Positions 8,664 through 18,177 of a stretch of DNA of 32,000 nt are shown here, one piece after another (position 1 is the first letter of the stretch; each line of letters begins with the position of its first letter). The position numbers and the translations under genes were made by a program. Origin of the DNA: Candidatus Harpocratesius repetitus (GTDB lineage Archaea; Asgardarchaeota; Lokiarchaeia; Sigyniarchaeales; Promethearchaeaceae); assembly GCA_021498095.1 (NCBI GenBank), contig JAIZWK010000001.1, forward strand, positions 1,140,001 to 1,172,000, written 5' to 3'. The notes beneath the pieces are model-generated. The model had not been told where the DNA came from. It worked only from the letters and a program-made list of their open reading frames with translations, and did not search any database.

Positions 8664-10715
8664 GTGAAAATAGAAAATTCAAGCGATTCGAGTTCAAAAT
8701 TAGATCTTGACTATGTAGTTATCCCAAAGACACACTCATCCATGTATTTAATGCATAAATATTGGGCTCGTAAGCCAGCAAATATTGTTAGCGAGTATAT
8801 TAATCGTTATACCAAACCTGGAGAAATAGTACTCGATCCATTCATGGGTTCAGGGGTAACTATCCTTGAAGCTGTGTTTAGTAATCGTAGAGCAATTGGA
8901 ATTGATATCAACCCTATTTCTTCTTTTATTTGCAAGAATACAGGAGTTCCTATTAATTTGGAGTTGTTAAAAGAAGGATTTTTTTTTCTTGAAAAATTAA
9001 TTCAACAACCATCTTCTCTTTATTCAGAACTTTATCATTTGCCCTGTCCATTTTGTCATCAATCTGCTGAAATAACTCATTTAATTTGGAAAAGTACCTT
9101 AAAAAAAATGTCTAATTCGTCAATTCCATTTGAGAGATTTATTGATAAGCTAATTGAGATTCGATTTTTTTGTTCAACTTGCGGCTCTTTGAAATTGAAA
9201 CCAAAAGATGAATTCTTTTCTCAATATGCTCTTTTTATCTCCAATTTAGAACACTCATTATCTGAAAAAATTAAAAAAAATAAGGAATTTCAAAAATTGA
9301 GTGAATTATTCTTAAATTTTAAATTTCAGTATCAAAATCAAATAAACTTTCTTCAATTACGTCATTCTCTTCGACAGAATCCAGAATTATCTAGTTTATT
9401 TTCAATGCGTGCTCTTCTATTTCTCGCTTGGCTCCGTGATAGAATTGAAAAATTACCAGTAAAATTCAATTCAATAAAAAAAATTCTATTATTTACTCTT
9501 ACAGCTGCAGTAGCTCAAGCTAGTAAAATGGTTTGGGTAATTGATAAACGTAATGGTAAAAATCTCTCAAATATGCAAGTTGGTTCATGGACCCATCATT
9601 TTTTTTGGAATCCTAGTAAATATTTTGAAGTGAATGCATGGAATTGTTTTAAAACCCGTTTTACAAAAATTCTTCGTGGAAAACAAGAATCAAATCAACG
9701 GAATAATAATTGTGAAGTTCCATTTAATTTAGCTCCAAATTTAGAATTGTTCTCCAAAGATACTAGTTATAGTGCGATCTTAATTAACCGTTCCATAATA
9801 CATCTTGATCTTCCAAAAAACTCCGTTGACTTCATTTTTACAGATCCACCTTATGGAGATTCCATTCAGTATGGTGAATTGAGTTCACTATGGGTAAAAT
9901 GGATCGGTTTGGATATGGAACAATATATTTCAATGATTCAAAAAGAAGAAATTGTGATTAATTCCAAACAGCAGAAAAATTTACAATTTTATCAATCCAA
10001 ATTATGTAAAGCTTTCAAGATTCTATATCAAGTTTTAAAACCAGGTAAGTTTATGGTTATTACTTTTCATAACACTTCAATGGCTATTCGTAATGCTTTA
10101 ATCACCTCCGTTTTGGATGCAGGATTTGAATTAAGACAGATTTTGTTTCAACTTCCACCCAGAGTATCAATAAAATCTATGCTTCATCACAGTGGAACTC
10201 CCATTGGTGATTATTATATAAGATTTCAAAAATTAGTATCAAAATCCTTCCATCCATATCTTCAAAAATATAAGGAAACAATAAATAATACTTCATACTC
10301 TGAAAAAAAGGAGATAGTTAAGCAAATAATAGTTAGTATTTTACAAAAAAGGGGCGAACCTACCTTTTTTATTTGGATAATGAATTTAATTGACGAATTC
10401 CTCTATCAAAAATTTTTATTTCCATTATCAAATTTTGATGATATTATTAAGAATTTAAGTAAGGATTCCGATTTTGTTATAACAAAAGATCAAAAGTGGT
10501 GGTTATCCAATCCCATTCATCTTTCAAAAGCAGATTCTCCTTTAATCAATCGAATAGCAGAATTTTTACAATATTTAATTGAAAATGAGAAAAAACCATC
10601 TTCATCAGAAAGTATCAAGCAATTTTATTTTAATAAAATATATGAAAGATTTCGCGGTGTCCTCACGCCCGATAAATATATAATTAATTCTCTTATTCAA
10701 CAAAATACTAAATAA
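8664..10715 (+). CDS. Amino (N6-A/N4-C) DNA methyltransferase with inserted Zn ribbon, archaeal type
   Basis: HKYWARKP N-terminal motif, motif I VLDPFMGSG, CPFC...CSTC cysteine pairs, motif IV FTDPPY, and LKPGKFMVITFH. Confidence 0.88.
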   Translation: MKIENSSDSSSKLDLDYVVIPKTHSSMYLMHKYWARKPANIVSEYINRYTKPGEIVLDPFMGSGVTILEAVFSNRRAIGIDINPISSFICKNTGVPINLELLKEGFFFLEKLIQQPSSLYSELYHLPCPFCHQSAEITHLIWKSTLKKMSNSSIPFERFIDKLIEIRFFCSTCGSLKLKPKDEFFSQYALFISNLEHSLSEKIKKNKEFQKLSELFLNFKFQYQNQINFLQLRHSLRQNPELSSLFSMRALLFLAWLRDRIEKLPVKFNSIKKILLFTLTAAVAQASKMVWVIDKRNGKNLSNMQVGSWTHHFFWNPSKYFEVNAWNCFKTRFTKILRGKQESNQRNNNCEVPFNLAPNLELFSKDTSYSAILINRSIIHLDLPKNSVDFIFTDPPYGDSIQYGELSSLWVKWIGLDMEQYISMIQKEEIVINSKQQKNLQFYQSKLCKAFKILYQVLKPGKFMVITFHNTSMAIRNALITSVLDAGFELRQILFQLPPRVSIKSMLHHSGTPIGDYYIRFQKLVSKSFHPYLQKYKETINNTSYSEKKEIVKQIIVSILQKRGEPTFFIWIMNLIDEFLYQKFLFPLSNFDDIIKNLSKDSDFVITKDQKWWLSNPIHLSKADSPLINRIAEFLQYLIENEKKPSSSESIKQFYFNKIYERFRGVLTPDKYIINSLIQQNTK

Positions 10716-10789
10716 AGAGAGATTATCAGTGATCATTATATTATTATATCCCAACAAATAAAGAAGATGGTTACTTATATATTTTTGAA

Positions 10790-11806
10790 ATGGTTAAGTG
10801 TGACGTTCCCGATTGCGATGAAATTTTGGATTATTTACCTTTTAAATGTAGATATTGTGGAGGAACATTCTGCAAGAAACACCGCCTCCCCGAAAATCAC
10901 AACTGTTCTTTTAAAATGACTGATAAACCAGAAGCTTCTTATGTTTCGTCTTCAATTTCAAGTCAAAAAAAGACACATAATATGAATGAAGTTGAGACTC
11001 CCTTTGAATTTGATGAAAGTCAGTTAGATCGAGAGATGAGGGATTATATTAGAAATCAGGAACGTTCTTCCATGCCTCCTCCTCCAACACGTGATTCTCG
11101 AAGAGTACGTAGTTTTTCCAGACCCCTATTTGGTGTTTCTCAAAGTACCAAAGGAACTTATTGGTTAATGGGATTAAATGGTGTTTTTTCTCTTATTGCT
11201 TTATTTATTAAAATTCTTACATCAAATGGGGAATACCTATTATTAAATTTTAAAACTCTTTTTGGTAATTTTTGGATTTGGAGTATTTTCACATCAATGT
11301 TCACAACTATGAGCATTTTTTCTTTGTTATTTGTAATGATCATCTTGTATGGCACAGGAAGGATGCTAGAAAAACAATTTGGTACCCGCTTTATTCTCTA
11401 TCTTTATATTGGATGTGGTCTTTTTGGAATAGTTGGAGGAATTCTTTTTCAATTGATATTTTCTTTTATCCCTTTATTATCACCAACTGTTTCACAAGCA
11501 TTTCAACTAAGTTTCTTCTCAGTTCAATGGGCTGCATTAATTGGAATGATCAGTTTTATTCTATACTTAGCAGGATTAAATAGGGAAATGCGCATGTATT
11601 TATATTTTATTCCTGTTAAAATGAAAGGAAAGTATCTTTTATATTTTCTAATTGGAATGAATCTGCTAATAATAATTATTGGATTCTTTAATCCATCCTT
11701 TTCTAGATCTGCTATTGAATCATTTGCCCAAATTTCTTCTTTGGGCGGTGGATATTATTTTTATAAAAAATTTGGAAGCCAATTTGCTATTTCCAGATTT
11801 ATTTAA
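10790..11806 (+). CDS. AN1-type zinc finger fused to a rhomboid-fold membrane domain lacking the catalytic dyad
   Basis: N-terminal CDVPDC...[22 protein letters not shown] (AN1) and a Pro/Arg-rich linker. About six TM segments follow, including [10 protein letters not shown]...[13 protein letters not shown] and LYFIPVKMK, which are typical of rhomboid/Derlin folds. Confidence 0.82.
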   Translation: MVKCDVPDCDEILDYLPFKCRYCGGTFCKKHRLPENHNCSFKMTDKPEASYVSSSISSQKKTHNMNEVETPFEFDESQLDREMRDYIRNQERSSMPPPPTRDSRRVRSFSRPLFGVSQSTKGTYWLMGLNGVFSLIALFIKILTSNGEYLLLNFKTLFGNFWIWSIFTSMFTTMSIFSLLFVMIILYGTGRMLEKQFGTRFILYLYIGCGLFGIVGGILFQLIFSFIPLLSPTVSQAFQLSFFSVQWAALIGMISFILYLAGLNREMRMYLYFIPVKMKGKYLLYFLIGMNLLIIIIGFFNPSFSRSAIESFAQISSLGGGYYFYKKFGSQFAISRFI

Positions 11807-12272
11807 TTTTTTCAATTAATTTTAATTATAAGAGCTTTTATCAACATTTGATAGATTAATAAAAAAATAAAAATCCTGCATAATTTACGCATTTATCAAT
11901 ATTCCATCCTAATTTGAAATTTGTCGATCAGAAATTTAGAACTTTTTTTATCAAGTTCAACTATAATTTGATTAAAAATAGTCAAAAATCGACCCATAAT
12001 TATATTTTCTAAAGTTCATTTTTGCCGACTGAAATAATTCTTGGATAGAATTAATTATTGTCGGAAAACTAAAGATGAAAATGGTAATTCAGTCAAAAAT
12101 AAAGATGCTACTAGAACCTCATAAATAATGAGAATTTTAAAAATTCACTGATGAAATTTAATTAAATTGTGTCTAAAGTAAAAAGGATAGCAAAAGCAAA
12201 TATTTCTGATGTTTTATCATTGAAATTGTCACGTTCTAGCACAAATTTTTTTACGAAGAAAAGAATTTGTAA

Positions 12273-13673
12273 GTGTTAATGAAAAATGCTTTTCTTCTCA
12301 TTCCAGAAATTAAAGGTAAAATTATTTTATCTCAAAATGAAGTAAATCATATTGGTAAACGAGAAATTGTTAATTGCGCAACAGCTCCAATTAATCCTAA
12401 AGAATTTTCCACACTTTCTTCTGTTCATCAAGATCAATTTGGAGAGGTAATAAAAGAACAATTTAATATCCGATTTGATTCTGATTCTAATCAATATCTT
12501 ATTGAAGACAGAAATTCAACAAATGGCACATATCTTGGGAATATTAATTTGAAGCAAACTCCCGCTCAGATTTTAAAAAATGGAGATGAAATTATCGTTC
12601 CTATTGAAAAGAATGGGAAATTAATGCAATTGAAAATACTTTTTCAAGAATCAACAGGGAACCAGATTATTAAAGATAAAAATCTTACTGTTTCTCCTGA
12701 AGAAAATATTGATTCACTCTCAAATCTCCCCAATCAACCAATACAACCTAAAAAGAATAATAAAAACTTTGTATCACCGACAGGTGGAGAATATTTCGAT
12801 CCTACCTTTACACCAACAGTTAATCCACCAACAATGATCAACCAGTCAAAAAAATCACAGAATAATGCTCTTGTATCTTACCAAGGTTATGATCCTGCTG
12901 ATACATCTGCGAGTTTTATACTCGTTCGACAGAAATTACAAATTCCTAAAAATTGTTTTGAACCACAAGTGGCTCAAAACCTCGGTTTAGATTTTTCTAT
13001 GATTTTTAAATTAGAATGGGCGGAAATTTGGCATATTTCAGTTGCTTTTCTCCTATTATTTGTGATGATATACCACACATACGTTAATGTTCTCGGAATT
13101 ATTTCTCTTATATATTTTGTTCAATATGGGGTTGGTTTGACTATATCTGATGTTTTTCTCACACCCTTACCGACTGCTCTCGTTTTTTGTATTACCTTTA
13201 TTTGTCATGAACTAGGTCATCTTTATACTGGTAAAGAATTGCAATTTCCTTCACGATTCTGTCTTGTAAAGAAAGGTGTTCGATTAACTTTAATTTCAGC
13301 AATTGTAGGAATTCCATTCGGTCTTCCTGGTGCGTCAATTTCAGTGGGAGTAGATCCTCAAACTGATCGGAATAAAATGGGTGCAATTAAAATGGCAGGT
13401 CCGACTGTAAATCTCGTAATTGGCTTGATTAGCACAATTATTGTTGTTATAATTCCTTCATCATCAACAATGCTAAAAACTATTTTTCTTCAAAGTGCAG
13501 GCATCAATTTTATGTTAGGTGGATTTAATATGATTCCAAAAGAATTTCAAGGATTTGCAATGGACGGAAATTACATTATATCCTGGCGAAAATCTCTATA
13601 TTTTTTCTTGGTATCCGCTTTTATTCTCGGGTATGCAGGAGTAATTGTGTTGGCCAGTACGGTCATCATTTAG
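12273..13673 (+). CDS. FHA domain fused to an M50 (site-2 protease) intramembrane metalloprotease
   Basis: FHA motifs IGKR, SSVH and EDRNSTNGT, then a Pro/Asn-rich linker. The TM region carries HELGH, AGPTVN and FNMIP...MDG (third Zn ligand). Confidence 0.85.
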   Translation: MLMKNAFLLIPEIKGKIILSQNEVNHIGKREIVNCATAPINPKEFSTLSSVHQDQFGEVIKEQFNIRFDSDSNQYLIEDRNSTNGTYLGNINLKQTPAQILKNGDEIIVPIEKNGKLMQLKILFQESTGNQIIKDKNLTVSPEENIDSLSNLPNQPIQPKKNNKNFVSPTGGEYFDPTFTPTVNPPTMINQSKKSQNNALVSYQGYDPADTSASFILVRQKLQIPKNCFEPQVAQNLGLDFSMIFKLEWAEIWHISVAFLLLFVMIYHTYVNVLGIISLIYFVQYGVGLTISDVFLTPLPTALVFCITFICHELGHLYTGKELQFPSRFCLVKKGVRLTLISAIVGIPFGLPGASISVGVDPQTDRNKMGAIKMAGPTVNLVIGLISTIIVVIIPSSSTMLKTIFLQSAGINFMLGGFNMIPKEFQGFAMDGNYIISWRKSLYFFLVSAFILGYAGVIVLASTVII

Positions 13674-14062
13674 TAAAAAATAGCATTATAATTGAGGGTA
13701 TTTTAAATTTCAAAGATTCGAAGTTTCTCATTTCATCATCTTAATTCTTCCGATTCAAATCTAAAATATTCTTTCTTATTTTTTGTCGATTTTATCGACG
13801 TACCAAATTCAAGGTATGAAAATCAATAATTATAATAAAATCGACTTCAAATTGAAGAATTTATAAACAGGATGGTATATTTTTAACAAATTCTTTGAAA
13901 AAATCGAGTTCGACAAAAAAAGAATTGCGATATTTCAGATTTAAGTCGGATATATGTAAATGATATTCAAAAAAGCGTTTAAATTAAAAAAGATAAAACA
14001 TCCTCAATTATTGATACAACTTTCAATAATAATTATAAAAAAGAAGAAAATTCGGATATTTT

Positions 14063-14935
14063 TTAGATTTTTATTTCTTTCGAAATTATTTTAATTTGGT
14101 GCTTTTGAGCAATTGTATATATTTCGCTATAGCATTCTTTGGAAATTTCGAGAGCACAGAAATATCTTCGAGCTGATTTTTTGAATATCTCATTTTCCAT
14201 GAATTCAATTTTTCGAATAAATTTTTTCATCTTTGAAGGATCGAATATTTTATATGTTACCTCTCCGATTATTGGGGGTTCAGGACAAAATAGGTCAATT
14301 TCAACATCTGTAGTATCTTTAAATACTTGATGTTTAGGATCAGAGAAATGACGACCTGATTCTATAAATGGGATATCAATATTCTCTGCTTTAAGTAGAG
14401 ATTTAATCACATTTTTACAAAATAATTCAAAAGAAACATCTGCCCCAATGCTAATTTCATCTAATCGACGAAACACCAATGTAAAATTATTATTAACATC
14501 TGTAAATCTATCATTCATTTGTTTCTGCACAGCTTCAAATCTTTTATCAATAACATCAAATTTTTTGTCCATTTGTTTCTGCATAGCTTCAAATCTTTTA
14601 TCAATAACATCAAATTTTTTATCCATTTGTTTCTGCATAGCTTCAAATCTTTTATCAATAACATCAAATTTTTTGTCCATTTGTTTCTGCATGGCTTCAA
14701 ATCTTTTATCCATGGCTTCAAATCTTTTATCCATGGCTTCAAATCTTTTATCCATTTGTTTCTGCATAGCTTCAAATCTTTTATCCATTTCCTTTATTAA
14801 TTCTTTGATGTCTTCCCGTGTTGCAACTACTCCAGATAGTGCTGTAATTATTGCTCCTTTTATTTCATCATTTTCCCTAATTAATTTTGGAAGGATTTTA
14901 ATCAAGTGTTTGATATCGAACTCAGCCATCTCCAT
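14063..14935 (-). CDS. Heptad-repeat coiled-coil protein with a C-terminal PD-(D/E)xK-like domain (DUF3782-like)
   Basis: Repeated DKRFEAM / KQMDKKFDVI units, then EIDLF...IIGEVT, matching the PD-(D/E)xK pattern, at the C-terminus. Confidence 0.8.
   Translation of the reverse strand: MEMAEFDIKHLIKILPKLIRENDEIKGAIITALSGVVATREDIKELIKEMDKRFEAMQKQMDKRFEAMDKRFEAMDKRFEAMQKQMDKKFDVIDKRFEAMQKQMDKKFDVIDKRFEAMQKQMDKKFDVIDKRFEAVQKQMNDRFTDVNNNFTLVFRRLDEISIGADVSFELFCKNVIKSLLKAENIDIPFIESGRHFSDPKHQVFKDTTDVEIDLFCPEPPIIGEVTYKIFDPSKMKKFIRKIEFMENEIFKKSARRYFCALEISKECYSEIYTIAQKHQIKIISKEIKI
14516..14790. repeat. In-frame coding tandem repeat with 54-, 33- and 21-bp units
   Basis: Three near-identical 54-bp units (14516-14677), a 33-bp unit (14678-14710), two 21-bp units CATGGCTTCAAATCTTTTATC (14711-14752) and another 33-bp unit (14753-14785). 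All lengths are multiples of 3. Confidence 0.95.
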
Positions 14936-15035
14936 AATAATTAACTTAATTAAACTTTAAAAAATTATAGAAAAAATAGCATTCTATCCAATTTGTTGAA
15001 GAAATGGAATAATAGTGTAAAATTTAATTCAAAAA

Positions 15036-16295
15036 TTATTCTATTATTTTCAAATGTTCAATAAGTAAACTTTTAGCCTTTTGTAAAAGACTTTCAGGTA
15101 ACTTGCCCGAACCTCCCCCTTGTGCAAAATTGGGTTTTCCACCGCCCTTCCCCTTAATTAAAGGTAAAACCTCTTTAAGAACTTTCCCAATATGGAGATC
15201 TCCTTTCTCTTTATCCACAGAATGGGCAAAAAACAGAAGAATTTTATCTTCTTTAGGCATAACATTTGCAAATAAACAAACGATATTTGAATTTTTTAAA
15301 AATTGGTTAAGGATAAGTTTCATTTCTTTGGGTTCTTTCTCTTCAAAAATTTGGGAAATAATTTTGATTCCATTAATATTTGTAGCAGATTGAAGCATTT
15401 CAGGGATTTGGTATTCAATTAATTGAGCATTTATTTGTTTTAATTTTTTCGATAATTTTTGAAGATCTTCTTGATAAGAAATAAGTTTATCTTCTAATTC
15501 TAAGTCTTGACAAGTTAATGCATTGGTTAATCTATAAATAATTTCATTCTTTCTTTCATAATCATAAACAGCGCGCATACCAAAAAGGAATTCAACTTGA
15601 ACCCCTTCTTTAATTTTTGTCCACTTTGGAATTTTAACAATACCAATTTCGCCCAATTTTCGAATATGCATTCCACCACAAGCAGAATAATCGTATTCAT
15701 CTATTTCAACAATGCGGGCTCCCTTCTCAGACATCTTTTTAATAGGTCGTCTTAAAGGAATTTGTTGTAATTTGTCTTTATCTCTAGTCCAGTAGGTTTT
15801 TACTGGAAGATTTTGTTGAATAAGGGAATTTGCTTTTAATTCTACTTGATTAATCATTTCCCAATTTAATTCTGGTAGATCTAAGTCAATATGTGCTGAT
15901 TTTTCACTCATATGAACCGAAAGTGTTTGTCCTTGGAAAATATGCCAGAATACACTGGAAAGAAGATGTTGTGCTGTATGAGACTGCATAAAATCAAATC
16001 GAAATTTCCAATCTAGTTGAACTTTAACCGTTGTATTTTCTGGAATAGGCTTTTCAGTCAAATGATATATTTTTCCTTCTTTTTTGATGGTATCAAGTAC
16101 CTTATATTGATTTATCATTCCACGATCCCCTGGTTCTCCACCACCTTCAGGATATAAAATTGTTTGATCTAAACAGATGCCGAATTTATCTTTCATGGGA
16201 ATGCAGGAAAGCACACGACTTTCACACTCTTTTTGATAAGCATCATCATAAAATAACTCTATAGTTTTAGCAGGTGAATACGTTTCAGGTGTCAT
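15036..16295 (-). CDS. alaX: Alanyl-tRNA editing protein AlaX (long form with a C-terminal DHHA1 domain)
   Basis: LDQTILYPEGGGEPGDRG, Zn-binding HTAQH and CGGMH, and a C-terminal GKGGGKPNFAQGGG. Confidence 0.9.
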   Translation of the reverse strand: MTPETYSPAKTIELFYDDAYQKECESRVLSCIPMKDKFGICLDQTILYPEGGGEPGDRGMINQYKVLDTIKKEGKIYHLTEKPIPENTTVKVQLDWKFRFDFMQSHTAQHLLSSVFWHIFQGQTLSVHMSEKSAHIDLDLPELNWEMINQVELKANSLIQQNLPVKTYWTRDKDKLQQIPLRRPIKKMSEKGARIVEIDEYDYSACGGMHIRKLGEIGIVKIPKWTKIKEGVQVEFLFGMRAVYDYERKNEIIYRLTNALTCQDLELEDKLISYQEDLQKLSKKLKQINAQLIEYQIPEMLQSATNINGIKIISQIFEEKEPKEMKLILNQFLKNSNIVCLFANVMPKEDKILLFFAHSVDKEKGDLHIGKVLKEVLPLIKGKGGGKPNFAQGGGSGKLPESLLQKAKSLLIEHLKIIE

Positions 16296-16371
16296 TATCT
16301 TATGAATTCAAATGTATCATCTCTAAAAAAAGCGCTTCCTAACAAATAAAAAAGAAGATGGTTTAATTGAA

Positions 16372-17445
16372 GTGATCTTTGTGTTGTGGAATAAAGTTGA
16401 TAAGTTTATTACCTCATTACCTTCGCTAAATCGAATTCTGGAAAAAAAATCTCTATTTTCTTACATCGAACGACCCGAAATGAATATTGGTCAAGGAGAT
16501 AACAAACATTCCTTATTTATTGGAAATAATTTGGAAGTTCTTAGATATCTTTTAAATCAAGAAATAGTTAAGAAATATGATTTAATTTTTGTCGATCCTC
16601 CATATAATAGCCATTTAGATGTAATTATAAACGATTTTTCATCCAAATTTCCACAAATTTGGTATTCTGGTTGTTCACACCTCCAGTGGTTAAAAATGAT
16701 GTATCTTCGGTTGCGTTTGAGTTTGGATCTTCTTCATGATAACCGCGGGATAATCCAAATTTGCTGTGATGACAAAGAATATTCCTATATTCGATTATTG
16801 ATGGATGATTTGTTAGGAGAACATAACTTTATAGGTACTCACATTTGGAAATCTTTCTCTGGAGCCAAATCAAATACTTTTTTCACCCAAAACCATACTT
16901 ATATTATCATTTATGCAAAAAATCGCAAAAAATTCCACCAATTTTTGAATAAATCCTATACAATTAATCCACCTGAATCTATATTGGATAAATTTCCTAC
17001 TTCCATAGAAAGCCGCGCTGAACTGCAACATTCACTATCGAATATCATAACTGAGCCCTTTCTTCGGTATTTAAACCCGAAACCTGTTTTATTACTTGAA
17101 TACTTAATTAACACTTATGCTCCGAATTCTGAAGCACGCATTCTTGATTTATTCAGCGGTACAGGTACTATGTTCTTAGCAGCAATTCACAATAATCTCA
17201 AAAAAGGTTTGAATGTTAGTGTTAGTGGAATTCAATATCCATTTTCTTTGAAAAACTTTTTTCGAGTCGATTTTACTCTAAGTATGAAAAAAAATCTTCA
17301 TCTTTCACAATTAAAGCACAAGACATTTATCGATCTTACATTACAACGCATTTTCTATGAAATGAAAAGGAATTCATGGAATAATTCTTCACAGATAAAA
17401 GTATATAAACAAATTTTAAAGCCAAATAAGAATTCTTCTCAATAA
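16372..17445 (+). CDS. Beta-class amino DNA methyltransferase resembling a compact Type III Mod subunit
   Basis: LFIGNNLEVL, motif IV VDPPYN, WLKMMYLRL, KPVLLLEYLI and motif I ILDLFSGTGT (IV precedes I). The start codon is uncertain. Confidence 0.8.
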   Translation: MIFVLWNKVDKFITSLPSLNRILEKKSLFSYIERPEMNIGQGDNKHSLFIGNNLEVLRYLLNQEIVKKYDLIFVDPPYNSHLDVIINDFSSKFPQIWYSGCSHLQWLKMMYLRLRLSLDLLHDNRGIIQICCDDKEYSYIRLLMDDLLGEHNFIGTHIWKSFSGAKSNTFFTQNHTYIIIYAKNRKKFHQFLNKSYTINPPESILDKFPTSIESRAELQHSLSNIITEPFLRYLNPKPVLLLEYLINTYAPNSEARILDLFSGTGTMFLAAIHNNLKKGLNVSVSGIQYPFSLKNFFRVDFTLSMKKNLHLSQLKHKTFIDLTLQRIFYEMKRNSWNNSSQIKVYKQILKPNKNSSQ

Positions 17446-18107
17446 TGATGAGAAGATTTCGGGGAGTAATTTTTGATTGCGATGGTGTCTTGGTTAATTC
17501 TGAGCCTTGGAGCTGTGGTGCTTGGAATGTAGTATTTCAAAGAGAATATAGAATTGATATCGGAACTAATTATGATGCACTGCTAGGCAAAACTACACAA
17601 GAAGTGGTGGAATTCTTTTTTCACAAATTTAATCTTAATTATTCTCCAAAAGTTTTACGAAAAATCTCCACATATAAAGAACAAGTCTTTCAAGAAATTG
17701 CACATGGAAAGATAGATGCAATTCCAGGTGTGAAAAAATTACTCGAATACTTAAAAGCACAATCCATTCCAATAATCCTCGCTTCTTCAGGAATACGTTC
17801 CAAGGTTGAATTTAATTTAACAGAATCAGGATTATCTTCTTATTTTACCTCAAGTCAGATAATTAGTGCTGATGACATAAAAATGGGAAAACCTGACCCC
17901 GAAATCTTTCTAGTAGCTGCTGAACGACTGAAAATACCAATTTATGAATGTATTGTAATCGAAGATTCACAAACTGGAGTTTCAGCAGGAAAGGATAGCG
18001 GGGCATTCACAATTGCAATTACCACTAGTTTTCCTCGAGATAGGCTTTCACAAGCGGATTTAATTATAGATTCCTTTAGTGATCTTGATTTCCGTTCCTT
18101 ATTCTAA
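17445..18107 (+). CDS. HAD-superfamily phosphatase (beta-phosphoglucomutase-like)
   Basis: Motif I FDCDGVL, motif II ASS, motif III KPDPEIF, motif IV IEDS. The start overlaps the methyltransferase stop (TAATG). Confidence 0.92.
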   Translation: MMRRFRGVIFDCDGVLVNSEPWSCGAWNVVFQREYRIDIGTNYDALLGKTTQEVVEFFFHKFNLNYSPKVLRKISTYKEQVFQEIAHGKIDAIPGVKKLLEYLKAQSIPIILASSGIRSKVEFNLTESGLSSYFTSSQIISADDIKMGKPDPEIFLVAAERLKIPIYECIVIEDSQTGVSAGKDSGAFTIAITTSFPRDRLSQADLIIDSFSDLDFRSLF

Positions 18108-18177
18108 TTACTTGATAAGAAAAATAGGAAATTAAGAGCTTAAAAAAAAACTAGAAAATAAATCAAAAAGAAAAAAA

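Noticed and set aside
13779-13920. 11-bp inverted repeat TTTTTTGTCGA/TCGACAAAAAA and the palindrome GTCGAT-TTT-ATCGAC
   Set aside because: Too short and A/T-rich, with no TSD. Compatible with chance or a terminator between convergent genes, not a MITE.
14516-14790. Possible CRISPR array
   Set aside because: Units are contiguous with no unique spacers, are multiples of 3 and lie inside a coding frame. No cas genes are present.
14448-14960. Repetitive ORFs 14448-14960 (+), 14515-14775 (-) and 14519-14800 (+)
   Set aside because: Alternative frames kept open by the stop-poor tandem repeat inside the 290-aa gene.
8664-17445. Complete restriction-modification or BREX system built from the two methyltransferases
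   Set aside because: No recognisable endonuclease, Res, HsdR/S, PglZ or BrxC gene is adjacent to either methyltransferase.
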